Positions 21,521-33,030 of a DNA stretch of 47,423 nt are shown in pieces. Position 1 is the stretch's first letter. Each line of letters begins with the position of its first letter. A program made the translations under genes and the position numbers. This DNA is from Octopus bimaculoides (Eukaryota), in contig NC_068981.1 of NCBI RefSeq assembly GCF_001194135.2, positions 93,823,013 to 93,870,435 on the forward strand. Direction: 5' to 3'. The notes beneath the pieces were generated by a model, which did not search any database, was not told where the DNA came from, and saw only the letters and a list, made by a program, of their open reading frames with translations.

Positions 21521-24500
21521 AGTTCTACAATATAATGTTTCTGCTACTCCACCATCTTTTATATTGAATAACAATTTGGAATTTAGTCAAAAGACAATTG
21601 TTTGCTTTATGGTATAACAAATGATATCGATCCCACTGCTAGACTAATATTTATTTCATCGATCCCAGAACGATGAAAGACTAAACTGTCTTCGGCTCGG
21701 ACTGAACTCAGAACGCCAAATACCCTGCCAAACTACCACAAGGTGTTTTTTTCCGTTAACTCTATCGATTCCCAGCCAAAGCTTGGAAGCTTCTCGTGAA
21801 ATTAGTGCATGTCTAGCGGAAAGTATCTTGGTTATGTGTGTATGATATTTGTGCCTGTCAGGTTGGTTAAGAAGGAGTGATAGGTGATAACATCTGTAAA
21901 GCAGTGAGTGTGTGTGGTTAAGTAGTTTACTTAGGCCGTGGTTTTCAAAATAGCAAATACCAACCCAAAGAAAAATAGGGAAATTTTGTCCTCCCCACTC
22001 TTTATTCATGAAAAGACAAAAAAAGTTTGCTCTCACAAAATACTTCTTTTTCTGCTTTGTTGTTGAACAAATTTGAAATGTGTAAAACTGTAATAATTAT
22101 ATTAAACAACACGAATAAATAATGTATAGCAAATACCATGCAAGAAAAATTCCTGATTTATTGAAATTATCTTCGTTTCGATATACAGTAAAAAAAATCC
22201 CTAGCAGCAATTGGATCCAATTCTAAGGAGAAAAGGGAAATGATTTCATGACTCAAGAATTCTCAAGAATTAGTGTACCATAAAGGAAAAAAGAATCTGT
22301 TTCTTTTTCATTTTTGTTACGGCTGCAAACACGTGTTTCTACTTCAAATTGGGATAGCACATGTTCTACCTTGACTTAAGTAGTCTGTTACTTTTCAATC
22401 GTTACGGGCTGCTTTGGGGATGGGTTTGCTTTCTTTTTACGAGAAGTACTGTGGCAATATACAATAAGGAAAATATGAGGTTACAAACAGAATTTCGACT
22501 TGCAAAATGTAGTTCAGAAATCCAGTAAATCTTATTCTACGCTGCACTAGCAATCACTGGACAAAAGCGGTAGGATTAATTATATGATTATGACAAGGGT
22601 GACAACGCAGTGACGGAATTATAAGTGTTTTATATTTTACAACTGTTCCCATGACTTATGACATGTTGAAAATGAAGAACATAGTGCTCCGTTAGATACA
22701 TTATTGCTTTAGAGGCAGTATTGCTCCTTTAGATACAGCTGCAATTTTTGAGGTGAGAGGGTTACCATAGATCTAGTTACAATTTGTGAAATAAAAGATT
22801 GCAAATGTGGGATGCAGGAAGACATGCTTTAATTTTCTGAGCGCGTTTTGTAGGTTCTTTGTTCGTTGGTAATTTCATCAATGAGTTTTAGACACTAATC
22901 TTCACTTACACTGCTTTCGTACAGATGCTTGTGAACCGACTGTGAGTCATCTTCTATTATGGATTTTAACCGAGTAGATGTGATAATGTAGCATACTTTA
23001 GCCCTCTTGGATGAATCTCAGTTAAAGCATATTTTTTCTCAAGAGTAGTCGCCATAAACCATGTAGGGCTCCGACCAGTTATTGGACTTCAGTACCAACC
23101 AGAGTATTCAAAATACAGGGGATGTTGTTCAGTCTGAAGGTGTAAAGTGGTGTATTTTGATTTGGCTGTGATTTGACGGGAAGCTCAGCGCAGGGATTGC
23201 GATAACCGTCTGGTTGAGGAGTAAGAAATGGACTCAAAATTGCTTTGTTATTCGGCATGTCGATCTGAAATACAAATAAGGATATTAACTATTTCAAACT
23301 GCACAAAGTGAAGACAGTTTCGGCATCTACGTCAGCAATGTTCTTGTTATTGATGTTATCGCTGTCATTGTTTTCAGTGTCTTTTAACTCGAGAGAAACC
23401 TTGATCTAAAAACCACTGTGAGCAAAGGTATGTTAGCAGTGATAATCTTATCTTTTTAAGGATATCTTGTACTACATTATCTAATGGGTTATTTGGCTTT
23501 TAAAGACGGTAACATTGATTTGATAAATAGTTGGCTATTATTTCTTGTAGGCAGAGTGATCACAAAGAAGCTCGTCCTTTGGTAAGCTTGCAGAGTTGTA
23601 TTAGGAAGATAACGGCAACTATGAAGAGTTATTGTGTACTGAAGGTAGTAAGGATAAAATCTTCGAATAGAAATGAGTTGTAACTGAAGCTCTCAATATT
23701 GAACGTGAAGTAGTAGAACAATTGCTGTCGGCTAGAAGCTGCAGATGAATTTATAAGGGTATTAAGAAATAGTCTGGACTTACCTAGGTGTGTGTCAATT
23801 TAATCCCAGATCAGCTTTCATCGAAAAGACCTATGAAAAGAAACAATACCGCTGCACTATCCCATCTTTTTTACATGTATATCAGAGTAAAATATATTTT
23901 AGATGGTAAGATGTGATTTAAGGACCATTTACTACTACTTCTAGCAGGTTAAGAGACCTGCTTTTTCGCCAGCTCGGCAGGGTTGGCTAAAATAGAAACT
24001 AAGTCCACGCAATCACAGTCACATTTTAAATCCTTCTCTCCTTGAACCCTCAGTTCCTCGGTGAATTCCAAGGGCACCGTTATAACATATTAGTTTTTTA
24101 GGGAGTGTGTTGTGAGGGCGCATTTTAAACTTAGTGAAGCCACTCCTTATACAAGTCTAACTACAGACAACTTTGAAAAAGAGAGAACGCAGTCGAAACT
24201 CTGTATTGAGCAAGTGTTTTATTTATCAACCCTGAACAGACGAAAAGCAAATCTGACCTATGTAGGACTTGAAATCCGAGTGCAGAGAACTAGAGCAAAT
24301 ATCACAAGGCATTCTATCTGACATACTAACGATTCAATCAATTTGTTACCTTACATAGCGTGAAATAAAAATAGAATATGATAATAGAGGCTGATTATTT
24401 CTTCTACAATATATTTTATAAAATTTCCATATTTCGATATTTAAGAAAGAACTAAGCTTACATAAGTCTTTTTACACTTAAAAAAACTGGTCGTCAAGAA

Positions 24501-24735
24501 ATGTGTTGAAATGGTAATGCAGTTCTCTATTTTTAGCTCAAAGAGAAGTTTTCTTTAGTTCAAAGAGAAGTTACCTGGCGACGGACATTTCTTAAACTGT
24601 TACAGAAACAAAATTATGGGCTGATATTTTTGCTGAATTACAAACCAGAAAACTAAGGAATGATAATAGATTTGAGAACAATATGTTTTATGTTGATTCA
24701 TATTAGTAACTGGCAAAAATGTCTTGTATCCGGAT

Positions 24736-24907
24736 TTCAAAGGGCCAACTTTATCACACTCTGTGTCACATTGAATCTCCCTGAGAACTATGTTAAGGGT
24801 ACGCATGTCTGTGGAGTGCTCAGTCACTTGCTCGTTAATTTCACGAGAAGGACGTTCCGTTGATCGGGTCATTTCGAATACTCGTTGTCGTACACGACGG
24901 AGTGCCA
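24736..24907 (+). mobile_element. SINE family D, 3' half (5'-truncated, more diverged)
   Basis: TTCAAAGGGCC...TCCCTGAGAACTATGTTAAGGGTACGCATGTCTGTGGAGTGCTCAG...GACGGAGTGCCA matches the 3' half of 10567-10947. Confidence 0.85.
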
Positions 24908-24910
24908 GTC

Positions 24911-25133
24911 AGTATTGATTTCAAATTTTGGCACAAGGCCAGCATATTCATGGTAGGGGTCAAGTCGATTACATCAGTCCCCCTAGTGTTCAACTGGTAC
25001 TTATTTTATCGACCCCGAAAAGATAAAAGGCAAAGTCGACCTCGGTGGAATTTGAACTCAGAACGTAAAAACCGACGAAATGCTGCTAAACACTTTACCC
25101 GGCGTGCTAACGATTCTGCCAGTTCGCTGCCTT
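24911..25133 (-). mobile_element. SINE family A, left arm of an inverted pair
   Basis: Full-length reverse-complement copy. Confidence 0.9.
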
Positions 25134-25159
25134 CTGAACGTCTAATATTAGCTGGTACT

Positions 25160-25380
25160 AAGGGGGGGCAGCTGGCGGAATCGTTAGCACGCCGGGCAAA
25201 ATGCTTAGCGGCATTTCGTCCATCCTCACGTTCTAAGTTCAGATTCCGTCGAGGTTGACTTTGCCTTTCATCCTTTCGGGGTTGATAAAATAAGTACCAG
25301 TCAAGCACTGGGTCGATATAATCGATTTATCCCCCTCCACCGAACTTGCTGACCTTGTGTCAAAATTTGAAACCAATACT
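25160..25380 (+). mobile_element. SINE family A, right arm of an inverted pair
   Basis: Full-length forward copy, 26 bp from the left arm. Confidence 0.9.
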
Positions 25381-27024
25381 AGATGTACAGTAAGCATTTA
25401 AACCTAAATCAACGAGAAAAGCCCTAGTGGCATGGAAGTGCAAGCAGCAAAAATCCCCCTTACATAACACTCAAGCTTTTAAAACAAGGGAAAGACACTT
25501 TAGATAGTATTAAATTAATATACGTCAGCAAAGTCAAGGTGGTCACTGTTAGAATGTGTTTGATCATACTTCTGTTCGATTAGTATAGACCTCAGGCTAA
25601 ACCACACAAGAACCAGTTAATGCATTCTACATATTCAACTTTACTGTTATCCAGAAATATCTGACAAGTTTAGTAAAAGGCAAGGTGAATGTTTTCTTCA
25701 TGACATTGTGTTAATGGAAGAAAAATATTATAAACTGTTGGACATTAATATGATGGTCAGTTATATCGGGTGATTGAAACGAGATAAATGTTATGTAAAG
25801 TTAAAAGCAAAATCAGAAAGAATCCCATCTGTTATCGTTTATTTTGGTAATTACAGTTTATTTTAAAAATCTGATGTAATAGAAAAACAATTCAGAAACA
25901 ATATATCAAATTTAAAATGTATAGAAGCATATTAAAAGAAATTTGAATGCTCTGAGAACTCAAAAACGTCCAAAATTACGGGTTAATATGATGAATAAAT
26001 TTAGAGGGAACCAAACTTAGAAATGCTCTTTCCGTATGTTAACGTATATAAGAAATATTTGTTTCTAATTCAGGCACAAGACCAGCAGTTTTTGAGGGGA
26101 AGGGTTATTATTATCGGTTCCGGAGGGATAAAAGACAAAGTTAACTTTTGTGGGACTTGAACTTACAACATAGGGAACCAGAACAACTAACGCAAGGCAA
26201 TTTTTTCTGACGCCCTAATAATTCCGATGGTCCAGCCACTACTTAGCACCTATGAAATAAAGGTTTCTTATCTAGGCACAAGGCCGGCGATTTTTTGTGG
26301 GCAAAGGGTTAGTCGATGCCACCGAGGTTGGCACTTGACTATTACTTTATTTTATCGACCCGGAAGGTTGAAAGACAAAGTTGCCATCAACAAGACATTA
26401 ACTCATAATTTTATGAGTCGGAACAAATAACACAAAACATTTCAGACGCTTTGACGATTCTGACCAATCCAACCATCCTTAACGACTAAGAAATAACAAC
26501 AAGCAAAAGTCACTTCGAGGGAAATCTGTTTTGTTTTATTTTTAATTATTTACTCAGGTAGAAAATATAGCGCCCATTAATTGTTTTGGAGAGAGCCTCT
26601 GAAACTAGTGGGAAAAAGAAGGAAGCTATCTTCAGACCGGAAGTCTGGCGTGACTGCAACAGAGTGAACTTTATTAAAAGTATCCAATGGGCAGATAGTA
26701 GTTTTAAAATGGGTGACATATTTCCAGCGTTTTGTCAGTTTTAGCCACATCTTTCAACACTCATCTGAATATCAGAGTGACTTTTTTTTTCTTTACTGTG
26801 TAAGGGGATGGGGGAAGTCAATTAATTCAAGTTTATAATGCCATTGTTACATATTTTATCAAATCAATCGGGATGTGTGTAAATAGCAGAGTTAGCCTTG
26901 ACTGGAGTTGAATTGAAAACGTAGAAGGTCAAAACTAAATAGTTTCATTTAGTCCATCATTTAGCCATTCCATTAAAATAACACCTCAACAACATGACCT
27001 GGTAGAACGTAAGTTCTCCACAGT

Positions 27025-27260
27025 AGTCTCCCAAGGAGTTCTGTGCTTTCTTTTCTACTTGGTTCGATGTCATCTCATTCGTCTTCAATCTCTCTTCAGC
27101 TCATTTCTACCAGGTGGACCTCAGGCGGCCTGATTTCCTTTGCCTTTCTGGGTTTCAATTCTACATATCTTAGGTCTTCTAAATTTATGACCTACCCATT
27201 CCTACTCATTGTCCCACGATTTTTTGACCACTCAGAATTTATGAAAATACACAGAATGTT
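27025..27260 (-). mobile_element. RTE-type LINE 3' end remnant
   Basis: Minus-strand WVGH followed by NPERQRKSGRLRSTW*K*AEERLKTNEMTSNQVEKKAQNS, resembling the RTE C-terminus WNPQGKRKRGRPKxTWRR...QVEKKAQNR. Confidence 0.65.
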
Positions 27261-27294
27261 AAGGACTTGACTCACATTTCCACGTGCAGTTTCC

Positions 27295-27342
<48 letters not shown>

Positions 27343-27347
<5 letters not shown>

Positions 27348-27520
27348 GGTTTATATACATCCCTGTAAATTAGCGGTTCGGCAAAAGTAGCCGCTAGAAT
27401 AAGTACCAGAATTTTTGAAAAAATGTTTACTGGAGTCGGTTCATTCAAACAAAAGGTTCTTCAAGGCGGTGCCCCAGCATGGCCTGCAGTCTAACGACTG
27501 ATACAGATGCAAAGAAAAAG

Positions 27521-27571
<51 letters not shown>

Positions 27572-27698
27572 AAGAAGTGTGGAGATAGAGCAAAATCAAA
27601 AGTGGGAGAGCAGAAAGAGTATGCGCATAATCTCATCGGACTTTGTGACCAATATATGATGACGATACGAAAATGAGCTTTACAATTCCATAAGGCAT
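27343..27698 (+). repeat. Local duplication pair 2, copy a (family C SINE tail + (TG)n + unique flank)
   Basis: Colinear with 28945-29353, including the non-SINE flank AAAGAAGTGTGGAGATAGA...TTACAATTCCATAAGGCAT. Confidence 0.9.
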
Positions 27699-27737
27699 AA
27701 TAATAAACACTTTCAATACAGTAAGAATAAGAGCATC

Positions 27738-27801
27738 ACAACAAACCACAGCACATACCCACAACAAACCACAGCACATACCCACAACAAACCACAGCAC
27801 A
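27738..27801. repeat. 23-bp minisatellite, about 2.8 copies (ACAACAAACCACAGCACATACCC)
   Basis: Units at 27738, 27761 and 27784 (partial). Confidence 0.95.
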
Positions 27802-27809
27802 GAGCTGCC

Positions 27810-28140
27810 CTCGATAGTGCAGCGAAAGCACGTGTTAAAAATAAGACTACTGAATGATGATAATGAAACGAAATTGCAAGAATGTGAAGATTGAGGAGAG
27901 TGTCTGTCATCCCAGAAGTTGTAGGGACACTCGGAGCTCTAACAACCAAGTTCGAGAAATATGTCAGAGAAATTGGAATTAATATAAGAGCAGAGCAAAC
28001 CCAAAAGACACTGCTCTGCTGGGTACTTGGATGTGGACTGTCTTCCACTGTAATTTACAACCAAGTATCAAAGCTTATAATTGTGCTGAAAGAGACCCTG
28101 TGAGACTTCTGACAACAGGTTGCAAATTAGTGTCTCATCT
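27810..28140 (+). mobile_element. R4/Dong-clade LINE 3' end remnant (restriction-like endonuclease region)
   Basis: EIARM*RLRRVSVIPEVVGTLGALTTKFEKYVREIGINIRAEQTQKTLL resembles the C-terminal consensus EIxRMW..VxVIPVVxGALG...IGI...LQKxALLG of R4-clade elements. Confidence 0.75.
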
Positions 28141-28301
28141 TCTCCGTGGGCTAATTGCGTACCAATCAGACGACGTCCATCCATCTTATCTCTGCCAGGC
28201 ATCTTCTCTTGGTCTCAACTTTCAAGCCCAGTTCAACACATTTTCCTTTGACCTTTCACTCCAAAACCAGCAGAATAACTCTCTAATATTTAACACTCCA
28301 C

Positions 28302-28304
<3 letters not shown>

Positions 28305-28367
<63 letters not shown>
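28305..28367. repeat. (CA)n microsatellite running into a gap
   Basis: Read directly. Confidence 0.95.
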
Positions 28368-28741
28368 NNNNNNNNNNNNNNNNNNNNNNNNNNNNNNNNN
28401 NNNNNNNNNNNNNNNNNNNNNNNNNNNNNNNNNNNNNNNNNNNNNNNNNNNNNNNNNNNNNNNNNNNNNNNNNNNNNNNNNNNNNNNNNNNNNNNNNNNN
28501 NNNNNNNNNNNNNNNNNNNNNNNNNNNNNNNNNNNNNNNNNNNNNNNNNNNNNNNNNNNNNNNNNNNNNNNNNNNNNNNNNNNNNNNNNNNNNNNNNNNN
28601 NNNNNNNNNNNNNNNNNNNNNNNNNNNNNNNNNNNNNNNNNNNNNNNNNNNNNNNNNNNNNNNNNNNNNNNNNNNNNNNNNNNNNNNNNNNNNNNNNNNN
28701 NNNNNNNNNNNNNNNNNNATATATATATATATATATATATA

Positions 28742-29112
28742 GGCGCAGGCGTGGCTGTGTGATAAGAAGCTTGTTTACCAACCACAAGGTTTCAGGTTCA
28801 GTCCCACTCTGTGGCACCTTCGGCAAGTGTCTTCTACCATAGCTTTAGGCCGACCAAAGTCTTGTGAGTGGATTTGGTAGACGGAAACGAAAAGAAGACC
28901 GTTGTATATGTGTGTTTGCGTGCGCGCGCACGGGCGTGTGTGTGTGTGTTGGTTTATATACATCTCCGTGAATTAGCGGTTAGGCAAAAGTAACCGCTAG
29001 AATAAGTACCAGGCTTTTTGAAAAAATGTTTACTATGGTCGGTTCATTCGGCAAAAGATTCTTCAAGGCGGTGCTCCAGTATGGCTGCAGTCTAACGACC
29101 GATACAGATGCA
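28742..29112 (+). mobile_element. tRNA-derived SINE, family C, full length with internal microsatellite
   Basis: GGCGCAGGCGTGGCTGTGTGATAAG...GGTTCAGTCCC head, internal (GT/GC)n at ~28905-28950, tail TTAGCGGTT...CAAGGCGGTGCTCCAG. Confidence 0.85.
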
Positions 29113-29138
29113 AAGAAAAAAGATGTGTGTGTGTGTGT

Positions 29139-29205
<67 letters not shown>

Positions 29206-29353
29206 CGTGTGAGTGTGTGTGTGTGTTTAAAGAAGTGTGGAGATAGAAGAAAATCAAAAGTGGGAGAGCAGAAAGAGTATTCGCATAATCTCATCGGACT
29301 TTGTGACCAATTTATGACGATACGAAAATAAGCTTTACAATTCCATAAGGCAT
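28945..29353 (+). repeat. Local duplication pair 2, copy b
   Basis: Colinear with 27343-27698; longer (TG)n tract. Confidence 0.9.
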
Positions 29354-29659
29354 TTGTATAAAATATGTCATGGAATTATGTTTATTTGATATTTTACTGT
29401 AATCTCTGATAGGAAGACATATTTTATTGTTCATATTAAACGGTTAATTGTCCAATATTGTACTCTCTGAAGAGATTCACGTCATCTTAATGTCAAACTT
29501 TCGTTTTGCTATCAATATTTACTACTGAAAAGTGTTTTATGCAAGTTGGCTTCAATAATTCCCTTCTCTTCCTTCTCCTCACTCTCTCGCCCTCTCTCTC
29601 TCTCTAACTATCTAACTCTCTTTTTATCCCTAATTTGCTTATCTATACATGCATGCAGA

Positions 29660-29684
29660 TACAGACAGACAGACAGACAGACAA

Positions 29685-29742
<58 letters not shown>
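29660..29742. repeat. (GACA)n(GATA)n microsatellite
   Basis: Read directly. Confidence 0.95.
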
Positions 29743-29743
<1 letters not shown>

Positions 29744-30033
29744 TTGTGTGTCTGTGTATCAATATGTGTGTGCATGACTGTATGTATACTTTCTTTAAAT
29801 GAATGTTTTCCAAGATTTTATTGAAGAAAATACATCCCATTCTCCTTTATCTCTTTGCCCTTCCTTCTTTCTTCAAACTCTCACTCACTTCAATTGCAAA
29901 TATAGTGAATAAAGCTTATCAGATAAATAGACAAATGGAGAAATTATGTGTATGTATTTATGTGCGTATGTATATGCATGCAACATTTCTTTTATATTGG
30001 GTAATTTTCGCTTCGTACGTATATTATATGTGT

Positions 30034-30413
30034 GGAGGCGCAATGGCCCAGTGGTTAAGGCAGCGGACTCGCGGTCATAGGATCGCGGCTTCGATTCCCA
30101 GACCAGGCGTTGTGAGTGTTTATTGAGCGAAAACATCTAAAGCTCCACGAGGCTCCGGCAAGGGATGGTGGTGAACCCTGCTGTACTCTTTCACCACAAC
30201 TTTCTCTCACTCTTACTTCCTGTTTCTGCTGTGCCTGTAATTCAAAGGGTCAGCCTTGTCACACTGTGTCACGCTGAATATCCCCGAGAACTACGTTAAG
30301 GGTACACGTGTCTGTGGAGTGCTCAACCACTTGCACGTTAATTTCACGAGCAGGCTGTTCCGTTGATCGGATCAACTGGAACCCTCCACGTCGTAAGCGA
30401 CGGAGTGCCAACA
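30034..30413 (+). mobile_element. tRNA-derived SINE, family D, full length
   Basis: Near-identical to 10567-10947. Confidence 0.9.
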
Positions 30414-30607
30414 CACATATTTATATGTATGAGTGAATGTGTAGGCGCAGTATGGTCAAATAGTTAGAAGTTTGCTTCGCAACCATGAGGCCTCAGGTCG
30501 GTCTGTAATTTGTGAGTGAAAATGGGAGAGTAAATAGACGGAAGCTGCATAGAATAATGTAGTGTTGATTGTAGCAGTACTTCAAAAAATACAGCTGAGA
30601 ATCAAGT

Positions 30608-31065
<458 letters not shown>

Positions 31066-32344
31066 GTACAAAATATATATATGTACTTATACACACTATG
31101 CAACATATATGCGTGCATATGTATGTAATAAATGTAAGACTTTTAAAGATGTAACAAAGTCCATTTTCGCATAAAATTACATTATAATACTTTGCTTCTG
31201 ATTTCTACCTGGTTTTCCTACCTGAACCACGAAAGAAAGAAAGATGCTATAGTAACGACATCAGCTTTAAACTGACTACGTGGTCCTGTCTTTCTTTTGA
31301 TATCACCAGTAATTGTATAAATAAGACTAGAATTTTAGCAACACTACGTAAATCTTACAGCTAATGGTATGATCTCTATATACGAACGGTGCAGACAACT
31401 CATCTAAGCAATTGAAACACAATAATAAATTAATAACTGGTTTATTGGCATAAAGCTCTAAGTTAATAGAATTCAAAGGCTCCGACAGATTAAAGCCAGT
31501 GCTAAAAATAGAAGCAACAAGAGAAACAATACGAGCGATAGTTCAACAGAATAATATAGGGCGGTAGAGAGCAGAACTGAATAAATAGTCAATGAAAACG
31601 ATTTGAGTTACATCCCTTTACGTTCTGAGTTGAAACTCTGCAACGATTAACTTTCTTACTTGGCTGTCCAGCATTAATAAAATATACCTACGTCATCATG
31701 TTGTGGTCACTTTGGTTGTTTGGCTGAGTTGTGTAGGTGTATGTTAGTGTTAGAAATCAATATTATCAATAACAATAACGGCAGCTGTAACATGAACAGC
31801 GACAGCAACAGTATGAGAATCAGTAGACAAAGCCCACTACATGCTTCAAATGGAACAAAGACCATTCATGAAAGATGATGTCTGGCAACAAAAGCACGCT
31901 TCGATTGAAATTTTAAGCTCAAGAAACTTCCTTGAGTGTGTAGTTGGAATCTACAGCCACTTGAAACTTTCTCAACTTGAAACAGCCAAAATAACAGCAG
32001 CAGCAATGTCAACAAAGAAACCTCTACGTGGTCACTCGACTTACTAGAAATATCAGATAAATCTCCTTTCTTTCAAATCATACTCTGCCGTCTTAACAAC
32101 AGGAATAATATAACATTGAATAATATATTCCGTGATGGACAATGCCTGAAATAAAGGATGGGATTATTATGACTTGAATGCATTTTATAATAGGTTGATC
32201 AATCAGAGATTATCTGTGGTTAAACAAAAACAACAGAGATAATCTCAACAGTATTGGCAGTTGTGGACCAAATTTGACCAAACATTTGCAATATCGAATC
32301 GTTTTATCTTTATATTATTATCATCATCATCATTATCAATTTTC

Positions 32345-32517
32345 TTGTATTATGCTTAGCGATATTTCGCCCGTTGCTCCGTTCTGAGTTCAAATTCCGC
32401 CGAGGTCGACTTTGCCTTTCATCCTTCCGGGATTAATAAAATAAGGTCGATGTAATCGACTCATCCCCTCCCACAAAATTACTGCCCTTGTGGCAAAATT
32501 TGAAACCATCATTATTA

Positions 32518-32567
<50 letters not shown>

Positions 32568-32610
32568 GTTGTTGTTGTTGCTGTTGTTGTTGTTGTTATT
32601 GTTATTATTC
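32345..32610 (+). mobile_element. SINE family A with (ATT)n/(GTT)n tail expansion
   Basis: TTCTGAGTTCAAATTCCGCCGAGGTCGACTTTGCC...GTGGCAAAATTTGAAACC followed by a trinucleotide run at 32508-32610. Confidence 0.8.
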
Positions 32611-32689
32611 AAAAGCACAAAAGCGAAAGAGTCGACTGGATTTGTTCAATTACAGTGTAACAATATCTTTTCTATTTTTGTCTTTGGTC

Positions 32690-33030
32690 AGTAAGTGTTA
32701 TTTCTTATTTACTTCTATCTAGAAATCGAAGGAAATGACTACTGTTCCCTTCAAACTTTGCTTTTGTGACCTGAACATCGATGTTTTCAAATTAACCTAT
32801 TTTCCATTACATTTCAGACAGATTCAGCGCTGAGTTGCTGAAGCAGAAATAAGGTTACAGCAAATATTCTGCTCAATACCACACGTTTGCTTGTCAGTTG
32901 CTTGACCATAATCAATATACCATGTCCCTTAGTAGCTGACAATATGTGCATCTCTGACAAAGAGCAGGAGTAGTGGAGAAGCATCATAGCCATGTGCCTA
33001 GAGGGATTCTTTGGAACTTTCCAGGGGAAA
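32690..33030 (+). mobile_element. Interspersed repeat, family F (SINE-like)
   Basis: AGCAAATATTCTGCTCAATACCAC...GATATGTGCATCTCTGA-like...CATCATAGCCATGTG resembles a recalled octopus repeat; single copy here, so no within-window confirmation. Confidence 0.4.

Noticed and set aside
22685-22737. 16-bp near-direct repeat TGCTCC(G/T)TTAGATACA, 37 bp apart
   Set aside because: Only two units with no further structure; most likely a small slippage duplication.
22870-23270. Possible very old LINE remnants at 22870-23270 and 33100-33520
   Set aside because: Composition is suggestive but I could not recover a convincing conserved motif in any frame.
23784-23830. 47-nt minus-strand segment with a strong acceptor (TTTCTTTTCATAG) and donor (TAG|GTAAGT)
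   Set aside because: Stops in all three frames and it overlaps a family B repeat 3' end; at most a non-coding exonised repeat, with no supporting evidence.
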